DNA of 64,000 nucleotides from Parachlamydiaceae bacterium (GTDB lineage Bacteria; Chlamydiota; Chlamydiia; Chlamydiales; Parachlamydiaceae): NCBI GenBank assembly GCA_965200675.1, contig CBDAUP010000001.1, positions 67,750 to 131,749 of the forward strand, read 5' to 3'. Shown piece by piece: positions 39,586 to 48,989 of this stretch (position 1 is its first letter; each line of letters starts with the position of its first letter). The notes under the pieces were generated by a model. It saw only the letters and a program-made list of their open reading frames with translations, ran no database searches and was not told where the DNA came from. The position numbers and the translations under genes were made by a program.

Positions 39586-40632
39586 TTAGGCAGGTTTGAT
39601 AGGAATGTTATTTTTCTTTAAGTAATTAATGGCATTTTGATTGTACTTCTCAGCTGCAAATCTTAAATATTCAATTCCTTTCTGTGCATCTTTTTCGACT
39701 CTTTTTCCTGTGTAGTACATCTCTCCTAATATATAATGTGCTACTACACTTTTGCCAGTCCTAGCTTTTTGAAGATTTTCTAAGGCTAGCTGCTCGTTTT
39801 TCTCTACCCCTTGCCCCTTTCCATACATCATTCCAAGGTTGCACATAGCAAGCACATGGCCTTGATTTGCCGCTAATTGCGTGTACTTAAAACAGAGTTG
39901 ATTATCTTTTTTATGCTGGCAATTTTTCATATCTATATCATAGAGAAGACTCATTTGAAATTGTGCTTCCATATTTCCAGCATCTGCTAATTGCTTAATG
40001 TATTCCTGAGCCTCTGGATTACCTCTTCTAGCCGCTTCTTTTAAATAATCCATCCCTTTCCGCTCATCTTTTACTCTTCCTCTGCCTTCGTAATATCTTT
40101 CCCCTATGGTAAACTTAGCACCTATAACTCCTCTATCAGCTGCCTGTTCAAGATATTTCAATGCTAGATCTTCATTTTTATCTACCCCTTGCCCATATAA
40201 ATACATCGCTCCTAGATAAGCAAGAGCTGGAGTGTGATTTTGCTCATCTGCTAATTTCTTAAGATAGTTTAGAGCTTCTTTATTTCTCTGTTCAGCGGCT
40301 AATACATAACAATTAAAACTCTCTTCAGGATTTTTAGCGACTCCTGCACCTCGTAAATAGAGTTTAGCTAATTCTACTATAGCCTCAACATTGCCCTTGT
40401 CTGCGCTTCCTTTTGTAACTTGGAACAGTTTTTCCTGCTTATACTGCTGAATGCGACCAACTAGATTTACTAAGCCAAAAGTAACTGCAAAAGCTAATGG
40501 AATGACCACTGTAAAGCAGGATAAAGCTACGATGGCTATTTTAGCATTAGTTTTGGCACTATTACTTGAAATAGTTTTCATTTCTGGAAAGGCATTGATG
40601 TAACCATGATAAATATTTTTTGCTATATGCAT
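39586..40632 (-). CDS. membrane-anchored Sel1-repeat (TPR-like) protein
   Basis: 348 aa. An N-terminal TM segment (IAIVALSCFTVVIPLAFAVTFGL) is followed by repeated A...Y..GQGV.KN...A..YL..AA units. Confidence 0.85.
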   Translation of the reverse strand: MHIAKNIYHGYINAFPEMKTISSNSAKTNAKIAIVALSCFTVVIPLAFAVTFGLVNLVGRIQQYKQEKLFQVTKGSADKGNVEAIVELAKLYLRGAGVAKNPEESFNCYVLAAEQRNKEALNYLKKLADEQNHTPALAYLGAMYLYGQGVDKNEDLALKYLEQAADRGVIGAKFTIGERYYEGRGRVKDERKGMDYLKEAARRGNPEAQEYIKQLADAGNMEAQFQMSLLYDIDMKNCQHKKDNQLCFKYTQLAANQGHVLAMCNLGMMYGKGQGVEKNEQLALENLQKARTGKSVVAHYILGEMYYTGKRVEKDAQKGIEYLRFAAEKYNQNAINYLKKNNIPIKPA

Positions 40633-41244
40633 TTTTTTTCCTAATAAATTTAGAGATTAATACAAATTGTAAAACAAAATTATTTATAAATGATTAAGAA
40701 AATTGTTTCTTTTAAATTAAGCAGGCTTCTTTAATGAATTAAATACAAGTAACGCGATTTTTTCCCAACTAAGATGAAATTGGCTAGAGAGTAGGAGGAG
40801 TTTATTTTAAGGGGTCTGCTAGATCAGTGAATGAATGAGGCATGCGCTCTTTGTAATTCATTTAAGTTAAATACAACTTATTTTAAATACAATCAATTAT
40901 CTTTTAATTAAAGTAATTCTATTTTCTATTAGCCTAACCAGTCAAAAAGAAAGCCGTCAAAATTTTTGGATGGAAGTACCCAAAAAAAGTAAAAAGGCAA
41001 AATTTAGCCTAAAATAGCAAAAAATAACAGAAAGGTACCTATAATCGCTTAAATTATTTTAGAGCTACCTCATCATTCCTCAATCATTTTTAATCCCGGG
41101 AAGATAGCTTTCTATTATTTCTGATCGATAAAAAGCTTGCTTCTGTTGTTTAAAATTGTATGAAAAAGAAAAAAATTGTCTTATTTATATATCTTTACTT
41201 CTAGAGAGATATAATAAATCTAGGACCTCAAATTTTACGAGTAG

Positions 41245-41400
41245 AAAGTGCGACAAAATGTGAATGAAAGTGCGACAAAATGTGAATGAAAGTGCGACAA
41301 AATGTGAATGGAAATGCGACAAAATGTGAATGAAAGTGCGACAAAATGTGAATGTTAGGAGTTCAAATTTACGAGTAGAAAGTGCGACAAAATGTGAATG
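41245..41400. repeat. 22-bp iterons (5 tandem plus 1 spaced copy), putative replication origin
   Basis: AAAGTGCGACAAAATGTGAATG repeated five times head-to-tail (41245..41354; the fourth unit carries GAAATGC). A 24-bp box (TAGGA..TCAAATTTACGAGTAG) precedes the array at 41221..41244, and again precedes a sixth unit at 41379..41400. Confidence 0.85.
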
Positions 41401-41515
41401 GTAATTGGAAAAAATAGCAGTTTGGCTAACTAACTCAGTTAATTTATTATTGTAGGAATAAATTACCTATAGATTGGCTTATTAAATGAATGAAAATAAA
41501 AAAAGATCAAAAACT

Positions 41516-43042
41516 TTAAATTTTAATGTCGGATAATTTGTGTTTTTTAATATTTTCTTTAACTAAGTTTTGGAACTCTTTGTCCTCATAATTAATGGAG
41601 ATGCCATGAATGCCATAGCCTATTTCGACATACTTATTCAAGATCAGCAGATAGGGTCCTGTACCTGGTAAGTAGAGCGATTCAAAGGCAGCTAAGTGAG
41701 TCTGTGCCCATTTTTTATTCTCCTCAAAGCGCTGCTCCTTGACGGGTTGTTTAGCTAGAGAATAAGTCACTAAGGCCTCAGAAAAATATTTGCGCAGTTT
41801 GGAGGGCGTCGCTAAGCGATTAGACCAGTATTCCTGCTGCATGGACCATTCGATCAGCTGGTTAATCTCTACTGACGTCCTATTTTTTAATAATTCGATG
41901 AAATCCAGCAGGTATAAATTTTCTTCATGGGTCGATAAGTGATAATGAGGATCTTGCTTTTTGCGACAATCGCTGAAGGCCTTAAGAAGAGCGGAAGCTA
42001 ATTCATACTCTTTAGATTGCAGATCCACTGCTAGAGAGGAGGTGGGTAACAAATCTTTATGCATGGAGTATTTTTGATTATTGAGAATGAGAGTATCTGT
42101 CGGTCCTAAGCGGCTATAGTCTGTGATGTAACCTAGGGTCTTAGCAACAGAATACACATCTTCTAATAAGCTATGCATCCGATCTTTTTTGCGTTTATAA
42201 ACTGTTTCTGGCATTTTTAAGGCGATCGCAATCTCTTCCGGTGTCCACTTAAGTTGATAAGCCAAGTCTGTTTTCAGCGCTCTTCTTTTTAACTCATACT
42301 GATAACGCAAAAAAAGTAAAAAACGGAACGTATAAGCACTACTTTTCTTGTTGCCGACTAAACTGCGCACCTCTTCGCGCCATTTATAAGGCACTAAAAT
42401 AAAATAACTATCGATTTGATCTAAAAAGATGACACTAGGCGTAATTTCATAGTAGCTCAATACATTTGTATTCGAGTCGATGATTTTCTTAACAGTGAAT
42501 AGCGTATCGACGGCTACAACCTGCTCTTTCTTCCAGCGGCCCTCTTTAGTTTTTTCAGGGATGCCCTCTTTAGAATAAGCAAGCCGCTCGTAGTAAAAGC
42601 AGAATTGATTGAGACTGAGTTCGTTTAAGGCTTCTAAAGCTCTTGCTATACAAGCAATGCTATTTCTATTGATGCCTGCCCAGTCTAATAGTTCTGATTG
42701 AGTGGCTCTTAAGCGCGGCAATTGCTGCACATACTTGTAAATTTCAGGTAATTTTCCAGAGTACCTCTCTTGGGAAATGCTCTCTACCTGTTCTGGGGTA
42801 ATATTTCCCTTATAATCGGTTTGGCTTAAGCCTTTTAAAATGCCTTCCATTACTTTAGCTTGCAAATCGGTCAAATCAATGCCAAAGCGATCGATCGAAT
42901 TCATCAACTTGACATCAAATTGTTCGGCAAACTCTTTATCTTGCTCTTCAAAGAGATAACTTTGCTGCTGATTGCCTAGGAGATTTTTAAGGGAGTGGAG
43001 AGAGATCCGCGTAGAGGAATGCGCCTCGTCTTGCTCTTTCAT
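41516..43042 (-). CDS. putative plasmid replication initiator (assigned by context only)
   Basis: 508-aa ORF, last gene of the parA-RHH operon (1-nt gap). The iteron array begins 116 nt beyond its stop. No family motif recognised. Confidence 0.4.
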   Translation of the reverse strand: MKEQDEAHSSTRISLHSLKNLLGNQQQSYLFEEQDKEFAEQFDVKLMNSIDRFGIDLTDLQAKVMEGILKGLSQTDYKGNITPEQVESISQERYSGKLPEIYKYVQQLPRLRATQSELLDWAGINRNSIACIARALEALNELSLNQFCFYYERLAYSKEGIPEKTKEGRWKKEQVVAVDTLFTVKKIIDSNTNVLSYYEITPSVIFLDQIDSYFILVPYKWREEVRSLVGNKKSSAYTFRFLLFLRYQYELKRRALKTDLAYQLKWTPEEIAIALKMPETVYKRKKDRMHSLLEDVYSVAKTLGYITDYSRLGPTDTLILNNQKYSMHKDLLPTSSLAVDLQSKEYELASALLKAFSDCRKKQDPHYHLSTHEENLYLLDFIELLKNRTSVEINQLIEWSMQQEYWSNRLATPSKLRKYFSEALVTYSLAKQPVKEQRFEENKKWAQTHLAAFESLYLPGTGPYLLILNKYVEIGYGIHGISINYEDKEFQNLVKENIKKHKLSDIKI

Positions 43043-43043
43043 C

Positions 43044-43319
43044 CTATTTTTGCAGATGATTGTGATAATTTTCGATCGCTTCTTGAATATACGTGCGATC
43101 TTTTAAAGTAAAAAATTGGTCGATACACTCTTTTAAGATATTTTTGACTGTCTTTCTTTCCCAATAAGCTAACGCTTTGATTTTGTCTAAGACATCCTTT
43201 TCTATGATGAAAGAGGTTTTCTTCTCTAAAGTGGAGGCGTCAGGTTTTTTGGTTTTTTCAACAGAAAAGAAGGCATCGATGCCTTTAGCAAAATTTTTTT
43301 TACTCATATTCAACCTCAT
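43044..43319 (-). CDS. small partition adaptor, RHH/ParG-like
   Basis: 91 aa, overlapping the parA 3' end by 20 nt. KTSFIIEKDVLDKIKALAYWERKTVKNILKECI resembles an RHH strand-helix-helix. Confidence 0.5.
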   Translation of the reverse strand: MRLNMSKKNFAKGIDAFFSVEKTKKPDASTLEKKTSFIIEKDVLDKIKALAYWERKTVKNILKECIDQFFTLKDRTYIQEAIENYHNHLQK

Positions 43320-44115
43320 TAGTTAACAGGGAATGACGTGTTAATATTTCATCACAGAGAGCTTCATAATCACTTGCGCCATGGCTTTTAGGATTGTAGC
43401 GAAAAATATCAACCCCTTGACTGGGCGCTTCTGCTAAAGCGATGTTATCTCTAATTTTAGTTTTAAAAATGGTGCCGGCAAAATGTTCATCAATCACGGC
43501 TGAAATTTCTCTATTCAACGATTTTCTAGCATCAAATTGCGTAATAAACATGCCGCTGATCTTTAAATTTTTATTGAGTCTTTGTCTAATTTTATTGATC
43601 ACATCAGTTAACTTTTCAATGCCGCGCAAGGATAAAAAATGCGCTTGCAGTGGAATAATTACTTCATCAGCTGCTGTTAAAGCATTGGTCGTCAGTAAGC
43701 CAATTGAAGGGGAACAGTCGATTAAGATGTAATCATATTTGCCGATCAATTTAGCTAAGCACTCTTTTAACATGACATCTCTACCAGCTTCTGATAATAA
43801 CTCAATCTCAGCTCCAGCTAAATCTAAAGAGGAGGGCACAATATCAAGGTGATGGATGATCGTATAGATTGTGCGCGCAATGTCAATGCCATCGATTAAC
43901 ACTTCGTAAATGCCAAATTGAAACTCTTTGATGCCGTAACTTAAGGATAAGCTAGCTTGCGGATCTAAATCGATCATCAATACTTTTTTGCCTCTTCGCA
44001 CTAAGCCTGCGCCTATGTTGCAGACAGAGCAGGTTTTGCCAACGCCCCCTTTATGATTGCTAAAAGCGATAATTTTTGTATCAAAGGGCTTTACCTGGAG
44101 CTTTACCTGCATCAA
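43300..44115 (-). CDS. parA: ParA/Soj-family partition ATPase
   Basis: 271 aa. FSNHKGGVGKTCSVCNIGAGL, VLMIDLDPQASLS and DYILIDCSPS. Confidence 0.9.
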   Translation of the reverse strand: MMQVKLQVKPFDTKIIAFSNHKGGVGKTCSVCNIGAGLVRRGKKVLMIDLDPQASLSLSYGIKEFQFGIYEVLIDGIDIARTIYTIIHHLDIVPSSLDLAGAEIELLSEAGRDVMLKECLAKLIGKYDYILIDCSPSIGLLTTNALTAADEVIIPLQAHFLSLRGIEKLTDVINKIRQRLNKNLKISGMFITQFDARKSLNREISAVIDEHFAGTIFKTKIRDNIALAEAPSQGVDIFRYNPKSHGASDYEALCDEILTRHSLLTNEVEYE

Positions 44116-44149
44116 TCATGACCTCTATTATACCTACTCATTATTCTTC

Positions 44150-44220
44150 AGGAATATGATATTCCTTGTCAATACGATATTCCAGATATTCCACTGGAAT
44201 ACATGGAATATCTGGAATAC
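44150..44220. promoter_or_regulatory. heptad array GGAATAY/ATATTCC upstream of parA (operator / centromere-like site)
   Basis: Seven heptads. There is a palindrome AGGAATAT-G-ATATTCCT (44150..44166), ATATTCC at 44177 and 44186, and GGAATAC/GGAATAT/GGAATAC at 44196, 44205 and 44214, giving 9-bp phasing. Confidence 0.55.
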
Positions 44221-44228
44221 TGGAGGTT

Positions 44229-45509
44229 TTATTTTAATTTAGCTTGCTTCTCTAAATCTTCTATCTCAAATTGATGTGAATCCAAGTATTTGTTTGCCGC
44301 TTGATTTCCTGCCTCATCAGCTTTTTTTAAGTATTCAATTCCTTGCAATTGATCTTGGACTACGCCTCTTCCTTCAAAATATTTTTGTCCTAATGCATTA
44401 AGTGCTGCTGGGCTTCCCGTTTCAGCTGCTTGACGAAGATAGTCTAATCCTTGAACCTCATCTTTTTTTACTCCTTTGCCATTGAGATAGATCATTCCCA
44501 AACTGTAAAGAGCTTTAGGATGCTTTTGCTCAGCTGCTAAGTGGTAATAAATAAGGGCTTTATCTACATAGATCATTTCCGACTTTTTAAGATTTTCAGG
44601 GTATTTTTGATTTGGAGATTTTTGGTAATCAACTACAGCGTCATTTATTCCTTTAGTTGCATGATGGTAGTGTAAGAAACCTAGTTGATATTGAGCTTCA
44701 CTATTACTCTGTTCATGAGCTAATTCCATAAGAGACTGCATGGCTCGTTTATTATTATTTCGAGCTGCTTGGACTAAATAGTTCATACCTTTCTTTTCAT
44801 TTTTTTCTAAACCGTTTCCTGTAAAATATCTCTTTCCAATCACACTCTGGGCGGAAGTACTTCCCTTCTCAGCTGCCTCTTTCAAATGTTTTAAACCTTG
44901 CTCTATATTCTTTGCTACACTCTGCCCATTTAGATACATGAGCCCAAGATTACAGAGAGCTAAACGATGGCCTTGATCCGCTGCTTTCTGCTGATATTCA
45001 AAACATTTTTGATCATTTTTTTCCTTTTTATATCCTGCAGTCATAGTTGGATCATATAAATTACCCAATTGATACTGCGCTTCTGCATCACCTTGATCTG
45101 CTAACTTTTTAACATGATCCTGCCCCTCTTTACTTCCCTCTCGAGCAGCTTTTTTGTAATAGATAAAACTTTGCAGATCATTTTGAGCCACGCCTGTTCC
45201 TGTCTGATAAAGCTTAGCAACCGCTAGCATAGCTTCTATGTTTTGACTATCTTCGTCATCTGCCATTAGTTTCAAAGAATCAAACTCGGTTTTTAGTTTA
45301 GCTAGTTTAGCTTGTTGATATTGATGAATACGACCAACTAATTTCTCTATGCCAAAAGCTATGGCAAAAGTTAAGGGGATGATGACTGTGAAGCAAGTTA
45401 AAACGACTACGGCTATTTTGGCATTAGTTGTAGCACTATTAGTCGAGATAGTTTTTATTTTTGAAAAAGTATTAAAATAGGCATGGGTGACATCTGTTAT
45501 GATTTTCAT
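44229..45509 (-). CDS. membrane-anchored Sel1-repeat protein (paralog of 39586..40632)
   Basis: 426 aa. The N-terminal 70 aa aligns with the other Sel1 protein (KTIS.NSA.TNAKIA.V.L.CFTV.IPL.FA..FG...LVGRI.QY.Q.KL), followed by multiple Sel1 units. Confidence 0.85.
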   Translation of the reverse strand: MKIITDVTHAYFNTFSKIKTISTNSATTNAKIAVVVLTCFTVIIPLTFAIAFGIEKLVGRIHQYQQAKLAKLKTEFDSLKLMADDEDSQNIEAMLAVAKLYQTGTGVAQNDLQSFIYYKKAAREGSKEGQDHVKKLADQGDAEAQYQLGNLYDPTMTAGYKKEKNDQKCFEYQQKAADQGHRLALCNLGLMYLNGQSVAKNIEQGLKHLKEAAEKGSTSAQSVIGKRYFTGNGLEKNEKKGMNYLVQAARNNNKRAMQSLMELAHEQSNSEAQYQLGFLHYHHATKGINDAVVDYQKSPNQKYPENLKKSEMIYVDKALIYYHLAAEQKHPKALYSLGMIYLNGKGVKKDEVQGLDYLRQAAETGSPAALNALGQKYFEGRGVVQDQLQGIEYLKKADEAGNQAANKYLDSHQFEIEDLEKQAKLK

Positions 45510-45867
45510 TCTTTTTTTCCTTATAATTTTTTAAATTTATTGTAAATTATAAAATGTAATTATTTATAATAGATTAAGAATAGATTATTTTAAAAATAAT
45601 TAATAGAGCATGCGATTTTTAATTAATTTTTCAATTGGATGTGTTGAGTAAAATAGAAATTGCATCTTGCTCAACATATAAAATCTGTTCTTTAGGAGAT
45701 AATTTAAAAAAATCTAAATTTTTTTTCTTTCTTTTGATTATTTCTCTTTTTCTCTTTCTACTCAATTATTCTAAAATTGAGTCATTTATTATTTTAATAT
45801 TACAATAATAGTTGTAATATAATTAATAATTGCTGTAAAATTAATTAAAAATAAAAAAGGTATTGAA

Positions 45868-46308
45868 ATGCTATTAGATAATTATACAATAAATCTTTGC
45901 GATATGAGAAATTCTTTAATAACTGGTTTATCCGGATTTCCTTACGCTAAAAGGCATTGGAAGCAAGCAGGCAAAATCAAAAGTCCAGTTATTTTGTATT
46001 GGCATAGATCTATTGCTATATTGGAAATTCTACCGATAATTGGGAGTTTATTAATGATAATTGAAAAAATTGCTTTTCATATTTTTTACACGTATCCTCA
46101 TAATCCAGAAAAAAAAGTTGAAAAAAATAGCCAAAGTAATTTTTTTAATCAGTCAAATGAAAATTTAAATTCACCAACATCTAATAAAAAAAATTTAGAA
46201 ATAGAAATTCAAATAAACAATATAAAAGATCATTTATCAAAAAAAACCGTAATTGTTAATGAAGAACAAAGTACGTCAACTGTCAGTGAAGAATTTTCTT
46301 TTGATTGA
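45868..46308 (+). CDS. hypothetical membrane protein
   Basis: 146 aa with a central hydrophobic segment (IAILEILPIIGSLLMIIEKIAF) and an N/S/K-rich tail. Confidence 0.45.
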   Translation: MLLDNYTINLCDMRNSLITGLSGFPYAKRHWKQAGKIKSPVILYWHRSIAILEILPIIGSLLMIIEKIAFHIFYTYPHNPEKKVEKNSQSNFFNQSNENLNSPTSNKKNLEIEIQINNIKDHLSKKTVIVNEEQSTSTVSEEFSFD

Positions 46309-46433
46309 TATTGCTATCAAAAAATGATTACCTTATAAAATTTTTATATTTATTGAATAATTAAAACATTAATTATTAATAACAAATTAATAAAAATATT
46401 AAATTAATTTACATATCAAAAATAGAGGAATAA

Positions 46434-47258
46434 ATGAATATAACTTTACCAACTTATAGTAGTACTACTTTAGCAGCTGGTGCTTTGCATCAAATGATAA
46501 CCGAAGATAAAAAAATATTGAAAAATATCTACACAATTTTACCTAAAGGAACTCAAGTTGCTATTGACTTATTTGTAATGACAGATTCTTTATCAAATTA
46601 TAATAGTAAGTTCTATCATGCAGCAACTGTCAGCATAACAAAAAGTGAAAATCTAAAGGTTTCAGCTTCTATTGCTAGTTATATAGATAGAGAATATAAA
46701 AGCGAAATAGATGATCAAGAAGGAAATACTACTAGTTTACAGATTGCAGTAGATGATCCATTACCTTCCGATCAAAAAGTAAAACTAAGTTATTATCCCA
46801 TCAGCGAACATTACTCAAAATATTTTAATAAACATAAAGATGAGGATTTTAATAATTACACAAATATTATTGCCAAATCAGTATATGATATTTTTCTTAA
46901 AAAAGGAGTGCCTTTACCTATAGATCAAAGGGTTCATTATAGTACTTTTAGCGTTCAAGTCAAAATTCCTGATAATAAAATTGAAGTTTTATCTTTTCAT
47001 AGAGGTACGAGAGGATTGGAAGAAGATAGAACGATTGAGCATCCTTGGTCTACAGTTTATATTAGTGTTCGAGGTGACGAACAAGAATTTAAAAGTTTAA
47101 TAGGAGCAAGTAAAGGTAAATGCAGACACCCAAATGTTCCTAATAGTGCTGAATTAATTTCTAATAAAACTATCACTGGTTCAGTTTCACATCAAAATAA
47201 TGAATTATCATTAGATAATAATATCCATTCAAAAAAAATTAAAGAAATCAAAAATTAG
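46434..47258 (+). CDS. hypothetical protein
   Basis: 274-aa ORF with GAGGA upstream; no domain recognised. Confidence 0.5.
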   Translation: MNITLPTYSSTTLAAGALHQMITEDKKILKNIYTILPKGTQVAIDLFVMTDSLSNYNSKFYHAATVSITKSENLKVSASIASYIDREYKSEIDDQEGNTTSLQIAVDDPLPSDQKVKLSYYPISEHYSKYFNKHKDEDFNNYTNIIAKSVYDIFLKKGVPLPIDQRVHYSTFSVQVKIPDNKIEVLSFHRGTRGLEEDRTIEHPWSTVYISVRGDEQEFKSLIGASKGKCRHPNVPNSAELISNKTITGSVSHQNNELSLDNNIHSKKIKEIKN

Positions 47259-47655
47259 AAATTAGAAATTAAATTGATAGTATCAAGTTTATTGAATTCA
47301 TTTTTTACTATCAATTTAATTTTGTAAGAAATGATTAAAAGTGTATTTACATAAATTTATTCAAAAATATAATTTTTATTTATTAATGGATAAAATTTAT
47401 AACCTTAATATAAATAGTGTGAAATTTTTAAATTCTAGTCTCTCTTCGATATATCATTATATTAATAATGATTATGCTTACTGATAGGAAGAACCTATCT
47501 TTCTTAATAGAGTGAGTGACTAAAACATGTCTAACACCACGTTAAATTTAATAAAATCAATAATTTAGTTATTTAATAACTATCTTAATTTTTATTGACT
47601 TAAAAAATGAATAAACTTAAAATATTATTTAAAATAACTAATTTTGGAGGTAAAA

Positions 47656-47823
47656 ATGATTTCTAATTTAAATCAATGGACTATGGATAGCTCACTTACC
47701 GACTTAAGAGAGTTAAAAGAAATATTAGCAAGTGCTACTCCTGAACCGACTTTTTTTGGTAAAAGAGTCGTCTATTACCAAAATGAAAAAGTAGCACTTA
47801 GTACTCTACAAAATAAAATTTAA
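47656..47823 (+). CDS. small conserved ORF (55 aa; intact copy of the MISNLNQ family)
   Basis: GGAGG SD 5 nt upstream. MISNLNQWTMDSSLTDLRELKEILASATPEPTFFGKRVVYYQNEKVALSTLQNKI. Paralogous to 19573..19710, including the upstream nucleotides. Confidence 0.5.
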   Translation: MISNLNQWTMDSSLTDLRELKEILASATPEPTFFGKRVVYYQNEKVALSTLQNKI

Positions 47824-47838
47824 GGCATTGCAAATGCG

Positions 47839-48303
47839 ATGAATAGTAGAGAAGATTTGTTTACTACCTTATCTACTCCGCGAAGAATAGAATGGCTCCA
47901 CATTAGCCAAAACATTAAAAATCTATCTGTTAAAATGGATCAAGAATTGAAAACTAAAAATTATTTTACTCAATTTTTGGCTTATCTAAGAAATAGCCGT
48001 TGTATAGGCTTAGAAAAAGGAACCATTCAGGACATTATTGGTTCTTACACGCCAAGTCAATATGAGGAAATCAAAACTAAATTTCAGATTAAGCCTGTTT
48101 CCACCAATTCATCAGATACAACAAAAGTATTAGGACTGCAAGATCTTATCGCTTTATCTAAAGCAGAAGAAGCTAAAGCGTTCCAAGATGCAAGGAAAAA
48201 CCAAGCAGCCTTAGCTCAAGCTGCTAAAATCCAAGAAGACCTAAGACTAGAAAGACTACAAAGAAAAGAATTGGAAAAAAAATATCAAGCTACACGAGTT
48301 TAA
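47839..48303 (+). CDS. hypothetical coiled-coil protein
   Basis: 154-aa ORF with an A/K/E/Q-rich C-terminus. Confidence 0.45.
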   Translation: MNSREDLFTTLSTPRRIEWLHISQNIKNLSVKMDQELKTKNYFTQFLAYLRNSRCIGLEKGTIQDIIGSYTPSQYEEIKTKFQIKPVSTNSSDTTKVLGLQDLIALSKAEEAKAFQDARKNQAALAQAAKIQEDLRLERLQRKELEKKYQATRV

Positions 48304-48458
48304 TTATCGACTAAGCTGATTCTACTGCCGTTTGGATTGCTCCAATCTTATTATGTCCCAAACTCGCATATCCAACGCGCTCTGATGGCAATACATTCTA
48401 GTAAGTTCTTAGCAGGCACACTACTAAAGATAACTATCAAGATAACTATATAAGAATA

Positions 48459-48496
48459 CTACTACTACCGCATTAGTCGCATAGTAGTAGTTTTTT
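48459..48496 (+). terminator. rho-independent terminator-like hairpin (plus strand), conserved in both module copies
   Basis: CTACTACTA-14 nt-TAGTAGTAG followed by TTTTTT. An identical structure lies at 53966..54003. Confidence 0.55.
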
Positions 48497-48781
48497 CTTA
48501 TCAAATAGATTTTAACAAGAGCTGATAAAATTTCCTTGATTTTAGAAACTAGGGCTATTTGGCCATCGGATGAGGGTATCGAATGGCCCAATCAAGCGAA
48601 GGGATAGATTAAAAACAGGGTAAGTGCTGTAAAACAAATTTTTAAATTAATGAAGCCAAATACTCGGAGTTTTTGTCAGAATCAGCTGCTAAAAATAAAG
48701 AAATGGCCTGTTCTACTACCTGCCGTCCCAAAAAAAATAATAAATAGAGCTTGTAGAAAAATAAAGCTTTTAATTAAGCTC

Positions 48782-48881
48782 TGAAAAAGAAAGAGCCTAG
48801 CACGTAAGCTAGGCTCAAAAACATTTGGATTCCTATATGTTTCGCAGCATCCGGAATCCAATTTCCATAGAGAAATACTCT
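48782..48881 (-). ncRNA. predicted about 100-nt minus-strand small RNA in the rep-like leader (countertranscript candidate), copy 1
   Basis: Minus-strand promoter TTGCAG (48911..48916) - 17 nt - TATAGT (48888..48893). Then an 8-bp stem (48826..48833 / 48853..48860), a 9-bp GC-rich stem (48793..48801 / 48808..48816) and TTTCTTTTTC on the minus strand. Confidence 0.4.
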
Positions 48882-48989
48882 AATCAGACTATATAAAAAA
48901 GTATATTTATCTGCAAGAGATAAACTTTTTTTATCTTCTCTTTAGACTGCTTCTCTTGGGAAAACCCTTTTTCCTTAGGAGCTTTTATT

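Noticed and set aside
41245..41400. 22-bp direct repeats as a possible CRISPR or minisatellite
   Set aside because: The units are head-to-tail with no spacers and sit next to a par/rep operon, so iterons are the better explanation.
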